Positions 1 through 12,465 of a DNA stretch of 64,000 nucleotides are shown here, in pieces; the first letter of the stretch is position 1, and each line of letters begins with the position of its first letter. The position numbers were made by a program, and so were the translations under genes. The stretch comes from Mitosporidium daphniae. Its lineage: Eukaryota. Below the pieces are notes generated by a model. That model was given only the letters and a program-made list of their open reading frames with translations. It was not told the origin of the DNA and searched no databases. Location of the stretch: the NCBI RefSeq assembly GCF_000760515.2, contig NW_013546511.1, positions 1 through 64,000 of the forward strand. Reading direction: 5' to 3'.

Positions 1-2803
1 CCTGCCAGAGCAGTGGCATTTCATCCTCAAGGTTCATGGATCGCAGCGATTAGCGAGTATATAATCAATATTTCCTGATTCTAGTACACTTGAGCTTCAT
101 CTTGCAAATATTGTTGAGGATCGGTCAAGCCTTAAAGCAATAGCTCATGAATATATGATCAAAGCGATCGCGTTTCATCCTAATAGAGATATTTTGGTAT
201 ATATTTGACAAAATTACCCATAGGCATCTATTGACTCGTCTGGGTCAATAAAGTTGTGGGATGTGTCCACAGAGAATTTAGAATCTGCTGTGCGAACAGT
301 TTCGCTTTTAGACATAGATTTTCCTTCGCCCATATATGCTGGACTCACTCCTGAATATCGAAAGTTGCTTGTTTCCCCCACTGAACGGCTATTTATTTCT
401 TGGAGACTACCTGATGGAAATTTCCTTGCAATACCTTCAAACGATTCTATCCAAATTTATTCTTTAATAGACAACAAATTTACATACTGTAATAGTCTTT
501 TTGGGGGACACACTAAGGTTGGTTATGAAGATATTAATTAAATTCTTTAGAGAGTTACATATGTTGAATGGTCCCCTTGTGGCACATGTTTGGCTTCAAT
601 TTCTGTCGATAAAAAGCTAATCGTTTGGCGGTTTTTTGATGAGAGCTCTACAAAAAATTATTCAATGGGGCTAATTCTCGAGTTGGAGGAAGTTCCAACA
701 GGGCTTGTCTGGATGCCTAATCAGATGAGTTTACTATTAGTATTTTAGCTCAAATTAACATTAGATCGATGAATCTGGAAGTTTTATGTATATTCCTATT
801 GTTTTAAACCCCTTGAGTAAGGCTTCTGAAAATAAGAATGGCCAATTAGCTTCTATTGAATCGGCCGTTCCAGATGTACCTATAGCTCGTCATAAAAGAA
901 AAAATACAATTTCAGAAGAAGTGGATGAAAATAATGGTATGGATGCCGACAAGGAAGCTAAAGCCTTACCCTCAACAACATATACAAACCCTAAAACTAA
1001 AAAGACCTCACAGCCTATAGAATCATCAGATGAAGAAATGGCTGCTCTTGATGAGTTTGCAGATGACCATGAGTTTGATGATGATATGGAAGAGGCAGGG
1101 GAAGAAGAAGAGGTAGAAGACGGCTTAACTGATCACGAAGAAGAAGAGGACTATAAAGATAATTTGGAAAATATAGTTGAACTTCAAGGAAGGCGGCTCG
1201 CTAAGCCATTCAAGAGCGTCAGTACATTTAGCCTTCCCTCAATTCCTGTGCTGCAACCCGGCTCGACTCCAATTATTGAGAAGCGGAGATTTTTGGCCTG
1301 GAATTCCATTGGATGGATTACCGTACTCTATGACGAAGATAGCGATGATCTGGGGACCATTGATATTGGGTTTAATGATCATTCTGCTATGAAACCGGTC
1401 CATTTTGTAGATTATGTTGGATATCATTTCGGTGCCCTTTCCAAAAAAGGCGCTTTTTTTGCCTCTAAATATAAGTCAAGAAATCCTTTCAAAAATGAAG
1501 TGCAGGCCAAGCCTTCCTCACTATATTACCTTCCATTTTTGTCTTGGGCACCCAAGTCTGAATGGAGAGCTGAATTAAGTGAATCAGAGAGTGTTTTGGC
1601 TATAGCATGCACGGATGATTATTCAGTAGTAGCAACTGATTTACTTTATATCCATATTTATTCATTGGGGGGCATTCAGCTTTTTCTATTTTCGATTCCT
1701 GAACCCATTGTATCTCTCGTCGCAGAGGGTAATATCCTTTTTTCCATTTTTGGAAGGTTCTCGGATATCACAACACAAAGATTATCGTTTTCTATATTTG
1801 ATTTGAAGGAGCAGCGAGATATCCCTATATCCAATAGATTATTGCCTCTCTCTTCACCAGATTCCTCAAGCAACGCCATTAAATTTAGGTCTCTTGTTAG
1901 TTCTGGTGATCCAGTTTCCGTTGTTTGGACTGGATTCGTTGATAACCTCTGTATACCTTCATTTATGGACTCTTGCGGCATCGTTCGAGCTCTATTTTCC
2001 GAGTCTGGTTGGCAATGGGTTCCTATTCTTGATTGTTACAAACAAGTTATGGGAAATTCCAATCCCGATACTGCGACTGGTGTTAAAATGAATTTATTCC
2101 CAGTGAGTCTGGATGAAAATAACATGCTTGTTGCCATGATGAAAGGGGATGATCCTTGGCCTGCTGTATTTCCAAAGCCTGTAATCAAAGAGCTAGCCAT
2201 ATATCCACCATCCCCACTTGGTAGGATTGACTTTGAGATAGAAAAAAAGTACACTTATGGAATCATTAATAATGGTATAGGTTCTTCGTTACATCTTTAT
2301 TTAAAAAAAAACATTCTCCCACAGCGTATGGAAATGTAGATGGCGTTCTTCCCTCAAAAAGGCGTGCAGAAAATTCCAAATTGGATAAGCTTTTGTTTGA
2401 ACTGCTAAAGGTACGTACTCTTATGTCTTTATCGCAATAGAAAGCTATTGATGGAAGTAAGCTCTCACTTGCCCTGGAGATATGTTCCCTTTTCCATTTG
2501 GAAAAATCCTTTGACTTTGCAATTCAATTGACAAGTGCTTCACATCTAGTTGATCTTTCCAGAAGAATTAAAGAAGTAAAATTGAAGAGATTTTCCACCG
2601 ATTCTTGTGTAGAAAATGAGACTGACAGAAATACTGACATTCATACTTCCGTGTCACAGCTCCTCATCCAGAGAGACCAAGGTTCAGCCACTTTCCAAAG
2701 CAAAAATTCATCCAGCTTCATGAATAGCATTTTGGAGGATCCCCGAACGCATGAAAACCACACAAAAACCTCAATCAAAGATTTTAGCGATACCTTCCGC
2801 TAA
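1..2803 (+). CDS. CTF4: Ctf4/Mcl1/AND-1 replisome hub (WD40 + SepB domain), 5'-truncated, multi-exon
   Basis: WD40 exons (AVAFHPQG, VEWSPCG) joined by short GT-AG introns, an acidic linker, then SepB motifs QPGSTP..RRFLAWNSIG and WQWVPILD. Confidence 0.85.
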
Positions 2804-2934
2804 TTAAATAAACTTGTTTCTCGACGAATGGCTTTAAAACTGCCTTTTAGACGCCCCGTCCGTCTTTTCTTAAAATTTAGCAAACTTTATCATATTGTGT
2901 CATCCCTATAAAGAGGCCAAGATGACTTGAAAAA

Positions 2935-3696
2935 ATGATGGCTCCCAGTTGCAAGAAATCATTGGTTCAAAAGCGGGCTTTAATTGTTTTAACGAATATC
3001 TCAAAGCTTCCGGGGAAAGATGCTGCTGATGTTTGCTTTACTGGGTTTGATGCAAGAGCTGTTGCTCACTTATGGAGCTTGCTTAAAGTAAGAAATTTTT
3101 ATCAAATTGACTACTGCACCCCGGAAGGGGGCCCGGCACCTCTTGATCCGAGATCTGCAGATGAAAGCAAAGATGACCCAATAGTCCAATCATTTCTTCA
3201 GAATAAGACATTAGTAGATACGTTTCAAGATACAATGTCTGCAAAAAGCATCGTAGAAAGTATGACAGAATACTCTCTGATTGGGCTCGTTGGGGCGCAC
3301 GGGGCCCTCATAGATGTTGCCGCCTCTCAAGATATTGCCAAATTAGTGACAATCGTATACGAACAGAATGGCCTTATATGCGCCATAGGTCACGGGCTTT
3401 GTGGAGCATTATGCTCTCAAACCTCATTAACCTCGTTCCCAGGAATTCCGCTTCTCAAAGAAAAAAAAGTGACCTCTTCCACACGCTCAGAGGATGAACA
3501 GCAGACGGCGCATGTGCCCTTTTTTCTTGATGAGAGACTAATGGCACTGGGCGCATGGGTTCTCAATAAAGGCCCCTTTGAGATAAACGTATGCATTGAC
3601 TATGGCAATGACGAAACCGGAAAAATTGTCACTGGACAAAATACAGCCTCTGTGCCCGCTTGGATTGAACTAATAGAGACTTTGATTATTCAATGA
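2935..3696 (+). CDS. DJ-1/PfpI (class I glutamine amidotransferase-like) protein, Hsp31/GATD1-like
   Basis: ALIVLT, TPEGGPAPLDPRS, GAHGALID, CAIGHG and IVTGQN motifs; intronless. Confidence 0.8.
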   Translation: MMAPSCKKSLVQKRALIVLTNISKLPGKDAADVCFTGFDARAVAHLWSLLKVRNFYQIDYCTPEGGPAPLDPRSADESKDDPIVQSFLQNKTLVDTFQDTMSAKSIVESMTEYSLIGLVGAHGALIDVAASQDIAKLVTIVYEQNGLICAIGHGLCGALCSQTSLTSFPGIPLLKEKKVTSSTRSEDEQQTAHVPFFLDERLMALGAWVLNKGPFEINVCIDYGNDETGKIVTGQNTASVPAWIELIETLIIQ

Positions 3697-3881
3697 TCAT
3701 TTAAAATAAATTAGCAAACATGATGACATCAGGAGATGGTAAGAACATTCATGAAACATGAGCTAGATCATCTATCTACATGATAGCACAGATGCATCTC
3801 TGTTTGTATTCGTCAAGATTTCAACCCATTTTATTATACCGTTAGGTTGGTAATTTTGAGTTGCAACCCTAACTTGTGCTT

Positions 3882-4145
3882 ATGGAGGACCATCTGTTCC
3901 GCCTGCTTCTTATAGATGTCGTACTAGAGTCCGTGGTGAAAACCATTTGGGAAGATGATCCTCACATGCGTTCTAAAAATATACACATTCCCATGTTCTC
4001 AAACATTTCAGATTCAACGCAGAAACAGACCCGGTGTCCTAAGTGCCAGCGCATCGTCGCTGTACTCAGATTTGCCCCTCATTTGGAAAAGTGCCTCGGG
4101 ATGGGACGCCAGGCGGCCTTATCGAAGCCCCTTGTTCACAAGTGA
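3882..4145 (+). CDS. SGF11: SAGA deubiquitination module subunit Sgf11
   Basis: Zinc finger [25 protein letters not shown]. Confidence 0.85.
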   Translation: MEDHLFRLLLIDVVLESVVKTIWEDDPHMRSKNIHIPMFSNISDSTQKQTRCPKCQRIVAVLRFAPHLEKCLGMGRQAALSKPLVHK

Positions 4146-4258
4146 ATCATAATCGAATATGATACTGCATTTAAGCGGGGCACCACTTGGTCGAGAAAAT
4201 ATCCTAGACCAACCATTAAATCAATCAATTTGAAAATAACATTTTATTGAAAGAGACA

Positions 4259-6223
4259 CTACTTTGAGAGGATAATCTCTCCATATGGTCTTTGCTGTTG
4301 GGCTGTGATAGCGCCCAAAGACGTTAATCTTAGCACTTGATAGAAGCTTATGGCAACGTCTCTACGTGTTCTGCAGTGTTCAGAAAGGACTGTATTTAAA
4401 GATAAAGAGGGTCCGGAAAAATTATTCAAAATCTGTTCTAGCTTTTCACAGTAAGAGTCGCCACCTTGCAAAGTTTGTGTGAGATTAAGCTTTTCAGCAG
4501 CTGGTGATATGGAGCTTACGATTGATGCAAATTGATCCAGGGATGAGATATTGCCTATCTCTTGGATCTCTGCACAAAAACCCTCGCTTGGGTCTTCTGC
4601 TGGAGAAGAATCAGCAACATGTAGTTCTCGTTGGGTAGCTTCTGAAATATCATCAATCATATCCAAGTTGGTCAAACCAATCGGAGTAGAAGACCTTTGA
4701 GGAATTTCATTATCTGCCAGCGTGGAAAAAGCGTCGATTTTTGGCGAACTAGCCTTGCAAGAAATTTTTGATTCAAAATCCAACATTGAAATATCAGGAT
4801 GGTCGTGGAAGCCCGTTCCAAGAGCAAGTAACTCGCTTAAAAATGAATCTACTTGTTTAATCGGAAGGATAAGGTCGACGGTCAAGCTTTCTATACTCCG
4901 GAGCGTATCACTGGCCCCCTTTAACTGCAGTTGGATAGTTGTGGAGGGTAGTTCCGTAGTTAGGTCCATATTTACCAGAAGATGAGCTTTTCGCTCTCCC
5001 AAAGGAATACCAAACGTAGTCTTTGATGTTGATGAAGGGGCATTACTCCCCTTGTGGCGCTTGCGGATCCGCCCGTCAGAATTTTCAGCAGAAGATTCAG
5101 AAATGTCTGACGGATCGACGGATCCACCGAAGGTAAGGATCTTGGCAATCTCTGAAATTACATCTGGAGATCCGAGAATTCGAGTGGCTTCGATCGGACT
5201 AGGCACTGCAAACATAGCTGCAGGATCACCTTGAGAAGTAAAGGATACTTCTTTTATGGGGGTTGACTGAGCCGCCTGAAGGGGAGAAAAGGAAATCTCT
5301 TTGTCTGGATGAAAAAAGTCTAATTGTTGGCCATCATCTCCAAAAAGCAATGGCTCTTTAATTTCTTCCCCGAGGGTATTGAGCGGTGAAGAAGGTATTT
5401 GGGATTTTCGAACAATTTCTACGTTCGACAGATGTTCATCGTTTTCAAAAGAAGCGCCAAAGAGCGTCCTATCAAGAGAAAGCTTTGGATTCACCAGAAG
5501 AGGCTCGTCAAATTGCTTCATTGGGGTGCATTGGAAGAGTGTCTGTGGAGAAACAGTATTTATTTCCAATCCTTGCCCAAAATCGCCTCCCATATGGAAC
5601 GAAAAGAGATCATCAAACAAGCGCAGGTCCTTGGTTGGTGTTGCTAGTTTAAGAGCACTTTCTGGAATGTGTAAATCTGTCCCTCGTAGCTCTTCAATTT
5701 CGGTAGGCATCCTGTGATAAAAAAGATTGATTTTACTGTATAGAAAGAGGTGGTCGCCACATTGCAGCTAAGTCAGAAAGAAGATCTTGTGTTTGGATTT
5801 GCTGCGCCTCTATTGTTATCGACTCCTTCATAACGCTGATTGTAGAAACGGGGGCATGTTCCTTACCCATGCTGGAGCCCTAAAAAAAGGGAATATGCTT
5901 GTACTATTGAAAGCCTTGAGATGACCTCTGTGCAGTCCTCTAAAAGATATCGGGTTTTTCTAAGAAATATGCGAACAAGTCCCAAAAGTAGCTGTCCCTT
6001 CAACCTAAGCGCCATTGGCGGTAGGGACCCGCCAGAGCTGGCGCTGGTCTCCATCATCGATTTCAGAAGCGAACCCACCGCAGCAGGAATATCTGTAGAA
6101 ATCACAAGCGACCGAGAAAGCTTTTTTTCCATATGAGCGGCTAGCCATAGCGTAGCCAGGGGTCCTGAGTGTTACCGAAATTGGGATACCTTTTTTACTT
6201 AGAACCGTGTCTGAAAAGAACAT
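4259..6223 (-). CDS. RAD21: Cohesin kleisin Rad21/Scc1 (Rad21/Rec8 family), multi-exon
   Basis: Spliced N-terminus MFFSDTVLSKKGPLATLWLAAH..ALRLKGQLLLGLVRIF; C-terminal winged helix TRRDVAISFYQVL..QQRPYGEI; ExxR candidate separase sites. Confidence 0.9.
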
Positions 6224-6348
6224 TCGTGATGGTGCTGTTGTTTACAATTGGCAGTTCACAATTGCAATTAAATTGCAGTACATACTTTTCTAAATCAAAT
6301 TTGGGTTAAGGTAAAAAAGTTAAATTTTATTGAGATAATATTCCCCGC

Positions 6349-9300
6349 ATGCATTCCAATGGCACTGTCCGGAGACAGTCTTTTCCTTGTCTCTCCACCG
6401 CAATTGGCTTTCCAATTTTTGTAGGCCACTCCACTCCGGTACAGATATTAATAGATCGCTTATGGCCATCTCTTGGTCCTTCCACTTCTCAAAAGACTCT
6501 GCTCGAAATGGTCTCTCTTCTTAATACACAGTGGCTTTGTGACCCATCAATACAATGGCTTCCATTTTTGGCGTGTGATTGGCGGACATTACTTGATGCT
6601 GTTAGTTTTCTTTCGCAGGGCGAATTGTCTGTGCAAATAATCAAATTTTGGAAGTTCGTAGTGGTCGCATCTAGAGAAATGAAGGTCATATATGATGCGA
6701 TTTCTTTCAAGGATCTCTTACAAATATTGGTCAAGTCGTACCTAAAGTGTATTGAATCTCCGATTTCGATGGTTGCAGAACATCTTCTTGATTTATTCGT
6801 TATCTATCTTAATATTTATTCGGCATCCGAATTCCTTGATCTTGCCCTCGTTGCATATTCCCGGTGTTCCGTTCTTTGGGGCTCTTCTGAGATATTTAAG
6901 GACCTACTTCTAGCCTTTTCAATGAAATTCCAACATCCCGCCACCCCGGTGAAATTGCAACAGGCTGCTTTTAGGCTGTTGCCTCGAGCGATTGAACCTA
7001 CCGATCGGCGTCTTATGGAGGCTCTAGCTTTTGGAGAGCATCCAGATCTTTGTGCACTATCACCTTCTCTTTTGAAGGCCTTAGTTTTCGAGTTTTTTCC
7101 GGAAACCCTCACCCTCCCACCATCGCCATCCTCCTTGCTTTTGGCATCGTTTTTATTGCCTCCTCAAAAGAGAGACGGTTCTTTGCACTCTATCCCAACA
7201 TATCCCAATGAACGGGAGATTTTCGCCACAGACGGAGATAGCGACACCATTCTGTCTGCATCTTTTTTTACACCCTTGCTTGCATGTTCAAATCGGATTT
7301 ATTTGCCTTCGCTTGCAGATGTTTTCTACTCGAAAGAATATTTTTCAAGGACGCTTTCCATTCAAAGGGTTGACCTGGCTCAAGAACTTAAGCTTGAGCT
7401 TTTGGATATAGCCAAACGACTCGCTCCGGCTCCTCCACGTTGGGCAAGGATGGGCTGCTGGCTCGCTCCTGGCTCTCCGTCGCTCATGGAAGTTTCTGGG
7501 TGTGCACTTGGTGAATTTCTCCCTGCTTGGATTTCTCTTTCACTTGAAATTATTCTTCCTCCTCTCTCTGATGTTGTAGATGAATGGGAATCGCTCAAAA
7601 AAGGCGATCTTTTATTTATGATGCATTTGAAATCAAGCGTCGAGATTTTAGCAGTCAAGGCCTGTGAATTTGAAGGCTTCCTTTCTTCGGATGGAAGGGT
7701 CCTCGAGTCCCTTGGCGGGTTTAAAAGGAAAAGGCTTGCCGAATCAACAAGCGGCGAGCATCGCATTCTTGTCGTCCGGGTGTATCCAGAAAACGTTGAA
7801 GAAGGAAACCAGTTTAAATTCAACGTTCTCGTTCGCCGAGACCCAAAATGTGCGCCCTTTAAATTTTTCTTAAAGGCATTGAAGCGCCAAGCTGTTAGCG
7901 AGAAGAGTATACCTATTTTGCAAAATCATTTTAGAGAATTTACACCGGAAGGTAACATGGAAATGGCAGTCGCCCCTTCTGCTCTTTCCATTGCTCTTAA
8001 TACTGTGGATAAGCCTGTTGTGATTTTAGGACCCCCAGGGTCTGGAAAGACTCGAGCTGCCGCTGAAATCGCGGTATCAATGTACAACCGAGATGAAAAT
8101 GCAAAAATTCTTCTCATTACTCACAACCATGCTACACTTGATCTTCTTTTAAAACGTCTCGTTGATATGGTAGACTTTTCTTTCGAACATTCCACAGGTT
8201 TATCACTGGTGTCCATGAGGCCCTCCCATTTTGTTCGACTGGGGGTATCTAATTCTTTTGCTACAGATTCTTCCTCCCCTCTTACCGCTTCTGGGCGGCT
8301 TGCGCTGATTGAGGAAAGAAGAGTTGAGCTTTTAAATTTAGTCGATCAAATGGCCAAATCTTTGGGGCTAGATGCTGCTGACCATGGAGCAACTTGCGAC
8401 AGTGCGGAGACCTTTTTCCTGACCCTGCTACCTTTGGAGATAAAATCCGATCCATATGTGGTGTCTCTATTTTCTGAACTACGCCGACTACGTCCTCTTG
8501 AAGTGCTGCCATCTCAGAATGAGCGAGTAAGATACCTTTTAGCCCACGAGGCTAGAATTGTTGCTGCAACAATTTCTCAATTGATCAAATCTAGTGAGCT
8601 GCGAGATCTTCCTCTCAAAAACTTTTTCACCATCATCGTTGACAATGCTTGTGCAATTTTAGATTCAGAACTGTCTCTCATTGCTTCATTATTTGAAAGT
8701 CGCCAGCTGATTTTGATTGGAGACCATATGATGCTACCTCCTGTCACTCGTTCACCTATCATCAGCGAACATATTGGCGCTGAACGTTCTCTCTATGCTA
8801 ACCTTATCAGGAGATATGAGGGTGGAGCGATTCCGATTACCGATCAATCGGCAATATCCATTCTTCCTTGTAAGTGGCGGTGTAGGGAAGAGATCGCTGC
8901 TCTTTTTGCATGGAGATATGCTCGCTTCGCGAATTCTTTACCAAAAAATAGCCACCCTGCTAGCTACGCCATTGAAGTTTCGACGGCTTTTGGTTTTGCA
9001 GAAAACAAGGGGTAAGATCTCGGCATTTATTTTAGGTTTTCGCATACATTTCAATGGATAGATGTCGAGCGGCAAACTTCTCAACATGGTTGGGGCGAAT
9101 CTGAACCGGTTCCAAATTATTTCCAGGTACCTTTCTGTGCAGAATTAACGTTTTGTAGAACATCGATGAGGCCGAATATGCCGTGGCAATATTCAAATAC
9201 ATGATCAAAATTGGTTATGACCCCAGCTCGATCTCCATACTGGCAATGTATAATGGACAGAAGGATTTGATTTCGGATATCCTGAAACAAAAATCCACAA

Positions 9301-9677
9301 TTATGCCCAAAGAGGTTTCCTCTGTGGATCATTATCAAGGGCTTTCAAACGACTTTATAATACTGTCAATGGTGCGAACCAGGCGACTGGGTCATACGCA
9401 AGATCTCCGGAGATGGATAACCTCAATCTCAAGATGCAGACTGGGCTTATATGTGTTGGGAAATTGGAAGCTTTTCAATGGAGCAGCGCAGGAGGGAATT
9501 GTGGCATTTGGACCTTCTCTTGAAATCTTTGCAGAGAAGCCACTATCTCTTGTGATAAAACCTCAGGAGGATGAGATTACAATATCAAATGCTTTGCAAT
9601 TAGACTCCATAACTCTCCGCACGGGGAACGACCCCCAACCATCTGCATCGGATGACGATGAGGACGAAGATGATTAA
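6349..9677 (+). CDS. AQR: Intron-binding SF1 helicase Aquarius/Cwf11 (divergent)
   Basis: WARM, EWESLKKGDLLF, FNVLVRRDPK, GPPGSGKT, spliced ESEPVPNYFQNIDEAEYAVAIF, YNGQK, VDHYQG, SRCRLGLYV. Confidence 0.85.
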
Positions 9678-9827
9678 TCAATAAAGTTAACGTCCCGATG
9701 GCTGAAAACCCCAAAGTCTCTTGCACAATTAAAAGACCACCGCACGCCGGGATGGAATTTGCAAATTTATAATAATAACGCGGTACTTTTTGTCAAGTTG
9801 TATACAAAATAATGGCTTTATCCATGC

Positions 9828-11748
9828 TCATGTGTGGGGGAATAGATCGGCTTCATTGGATGAAATTTCAGGGATCACTATAGGAGGAGATATCCCGAAT
9901 TCCTCAGCCGTATGCATAACTTTAAACTCTCCACAGTTGTTCAGGTGCTCATGCTCGAGCCGAAAAAGAGCCCAAAGAGATCTCCTAACGACCTCCCCAA
10001 ATGCAACCATTGATATGATCCATGGATTGAAAGCAGGTATGGTCCAACTAAACCGAAGGGCAGCGTTGGCAAAGATCAGCAAATAATAGGGAAATCTCCT
10101 TCCACCGCCAACCAATAACCCTTTTTTTCGAAGCAGAAATGTGCCACTTGCTTGCAATGCGAATCCCCAATCCATAACCATGTCCCAATAAAGAGAAAAT
10201 AATGTTGAAAGCAAAGAAAACACGACCCTAAACGCATAAAAAAGCATCGACTAACCAAATGCACCAAAGCCATTGCGATGGTGAGGTTGGAAACACCGAA
10301 AATATGGTAGCAAGCAATGCAAGCGAATACTTCAATGCATTCAAAAGATGAATCTTTGATTTGCTTACATTTTCATCCAAGTACCGACGAAGAGATTGTA
10401 AAATTCGGAACGTGGGAGGAATTGCTATCAGCAAAATCAGCGCTATTTTGTAATTGAGAGAGCTAGCCCACAATTCTTTGATGGACGAGATATTTGGGTT
10501 CTAAAAGCAAATGTTAAAATATGGCTCTCTACCTGGTATAATGTAAATATCAAAACCGGCACACGAAAAACAATTCCAAGACTCATAAGTGCATCTCCAA
10601 AGAAGAAATGCCTAAACCTAATGGGCCCTCTGAGAAGCGAAAAAATACTTTCGCTAAAAAGGCGGATCACATATGTGCGAGCGGATGAATAAAAACGAAT
10701 TGGGAACGCTATTACAGTCAACACTACCAAATATGAAAGGAACAACGCCGTCATCAAGCTAATTTTGGAGAGCATAATCAACCCGAAAATAACGATAAAA
10801 GTGATAAAGGAGAGCAATTCTGCTCTCTGCGGTACTGAGAGTGTGTCTCTGGGGTCTAACTGGAAAATAAATCCATAAGAGATATGAGAAAACGAACAAT
10901 AAAGCTCAACAATCAGAAATCCCCAAAATAGAGCCAATGGCAAACCTACGGAAAGGAAGGAAAGAAGCAAAAATATTTGATCATTGAAAAAAGTGGTTGC
11001 AAAGACGAACAGAAGGACGCAGGAGGCGCCCAAATAAAAGCCCCCCATAAATGAAGAGCGATGATGAAGTCTTCCTCCAAGATAATGGATATCGGAAGGA
11101 AGTCGAAGCGCTAGCATCGCCATATGCCTGTCTCCGGAAGCAAAATGGGACGTATAAATATTCTAAATGTTAAACGCGCATCATTTTGTACCTCCAGTTC
11201 TAAGATAAGCTCGTTAAGCAGCGGTTGTGTGGAAAAAATTCTGCGTTTCCCAAGAGCCTCCATAAACGTAGCCGTATATGATCTATAGGTGACCTATGCG
11301 TAAATGCAAGGCCAAGTACCTTGTCAAACTTTTTTATAATTTTACGAAACCCAATCTTGTTTAGACGTCTATATGCCCCTAGAAGTAAGAAGCCTCTATA
11401 CATCTCAAGATATGCTCTTCGTAGCTGTTCAATGCGTTTCCGAGACGTGCTGATAGAACTCTCCCTCAACGCCAGCTGAAGAGAAAGCTTTGATTGGCGA
11501 AACTCTTCTTCTTTTTCAGAGTAAAATGTATCTACTTTGATGAGTTCCTTTTCGAGTTGAGACAAGAAGATTTGCTCCTTTAAGGAAAGAGGCGAATAGT
11601 TTGAAATAGAAGAAGAAAGATCGGGAGAAGAATCTGGGCGCAAAGAGTACGGGACCTGCTTCAAAAGAACCTTGAGCGAGTTGTAGTCAATGTACATACT
11701 CTGCCACTCATTAATGGCCTCCCGTTTTAGTTGTTCTCCAAATTTCAT
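9828..11748 (-). CDS. SYG1: SPX-EXS phosphate exporter (Syg1/XPR1), multi-exon
   Basis: SPX motifs MKFGEQL..YIDYNSLK and LNKIGFRKIIKKFDK; EXS motifs WDMVMDWG and RRSLWALFRLEHEHLNNCGEFK. Confidence 0.92.
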
Positions 11749-12465
11749 ACCCTTGAAATGAAAATATTCCCAAAAATGTTACATAACCTAAAGTGCATCA
11801 ATAAAAATTTACAAATTGGACTGCAGTCCAATCTGGTCCTCGACAATCCATAAAAATTAACGCCATCTTCAACATTGCATTTTGCTGCCAAATTACACAT
11901 TTGCAGATCTGATGATCAGGAAACAAAAAAGAAGCCCACTCAAAAATAGCGTCGCTGAACGACTAGATGCAGCTCTTTACTTGGAAATAATCAATCGCGT
12001 ATCTAGGAGGGCCCACGCAGCATAAGATTTATAGAAAAATGATCATTAGATTTACTAATGTGCTAGTAAACGATTTAAATAAAGGTTTTCAGATATTTCA
12101 ACTCTTTCAATATCTCGGAAATGGTTTCCAAACGAAGCCGATATCTTTTCAATCTTCAGGTTATCTAGACGTTTCTTCCCGATTTCGAAACTTACTTGGT
12201 TGCTCCACATGCCGGTTTCATATTTTCAATCTCATTCAATGATGAGACCGTTTTTCCGTTGCTCTAATTATCGGGATAGCATTTACAATATTCAGCCCAT
12301 TTTATATGGCATACCTAGCTATTAGCTGCTGCCATTCAGATTAATATCCCGAATTTGGGCTTTGAAATTTTAATTTTAATCGTGGCATCGGTTTAGTGCT
12401 CACGGCCATACAAAGGCGTTTACATTTTAATTTGTTGAGCTCATTAATCCGATTTTTTGAATTTT

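Noticed and set aside
3720..3800. ATGATGA box C words here and at 12239 suggesting C/D snoRNAs
   Set aside because: No suitably placed CTGA box D or terminal stem
3864..3873. CAACCCTAAC resembling a telomerase RNA template
   Set aside because: A single short match just upstream of the SGF11 ATG, with no supporting structure or space for a telomerase RNA
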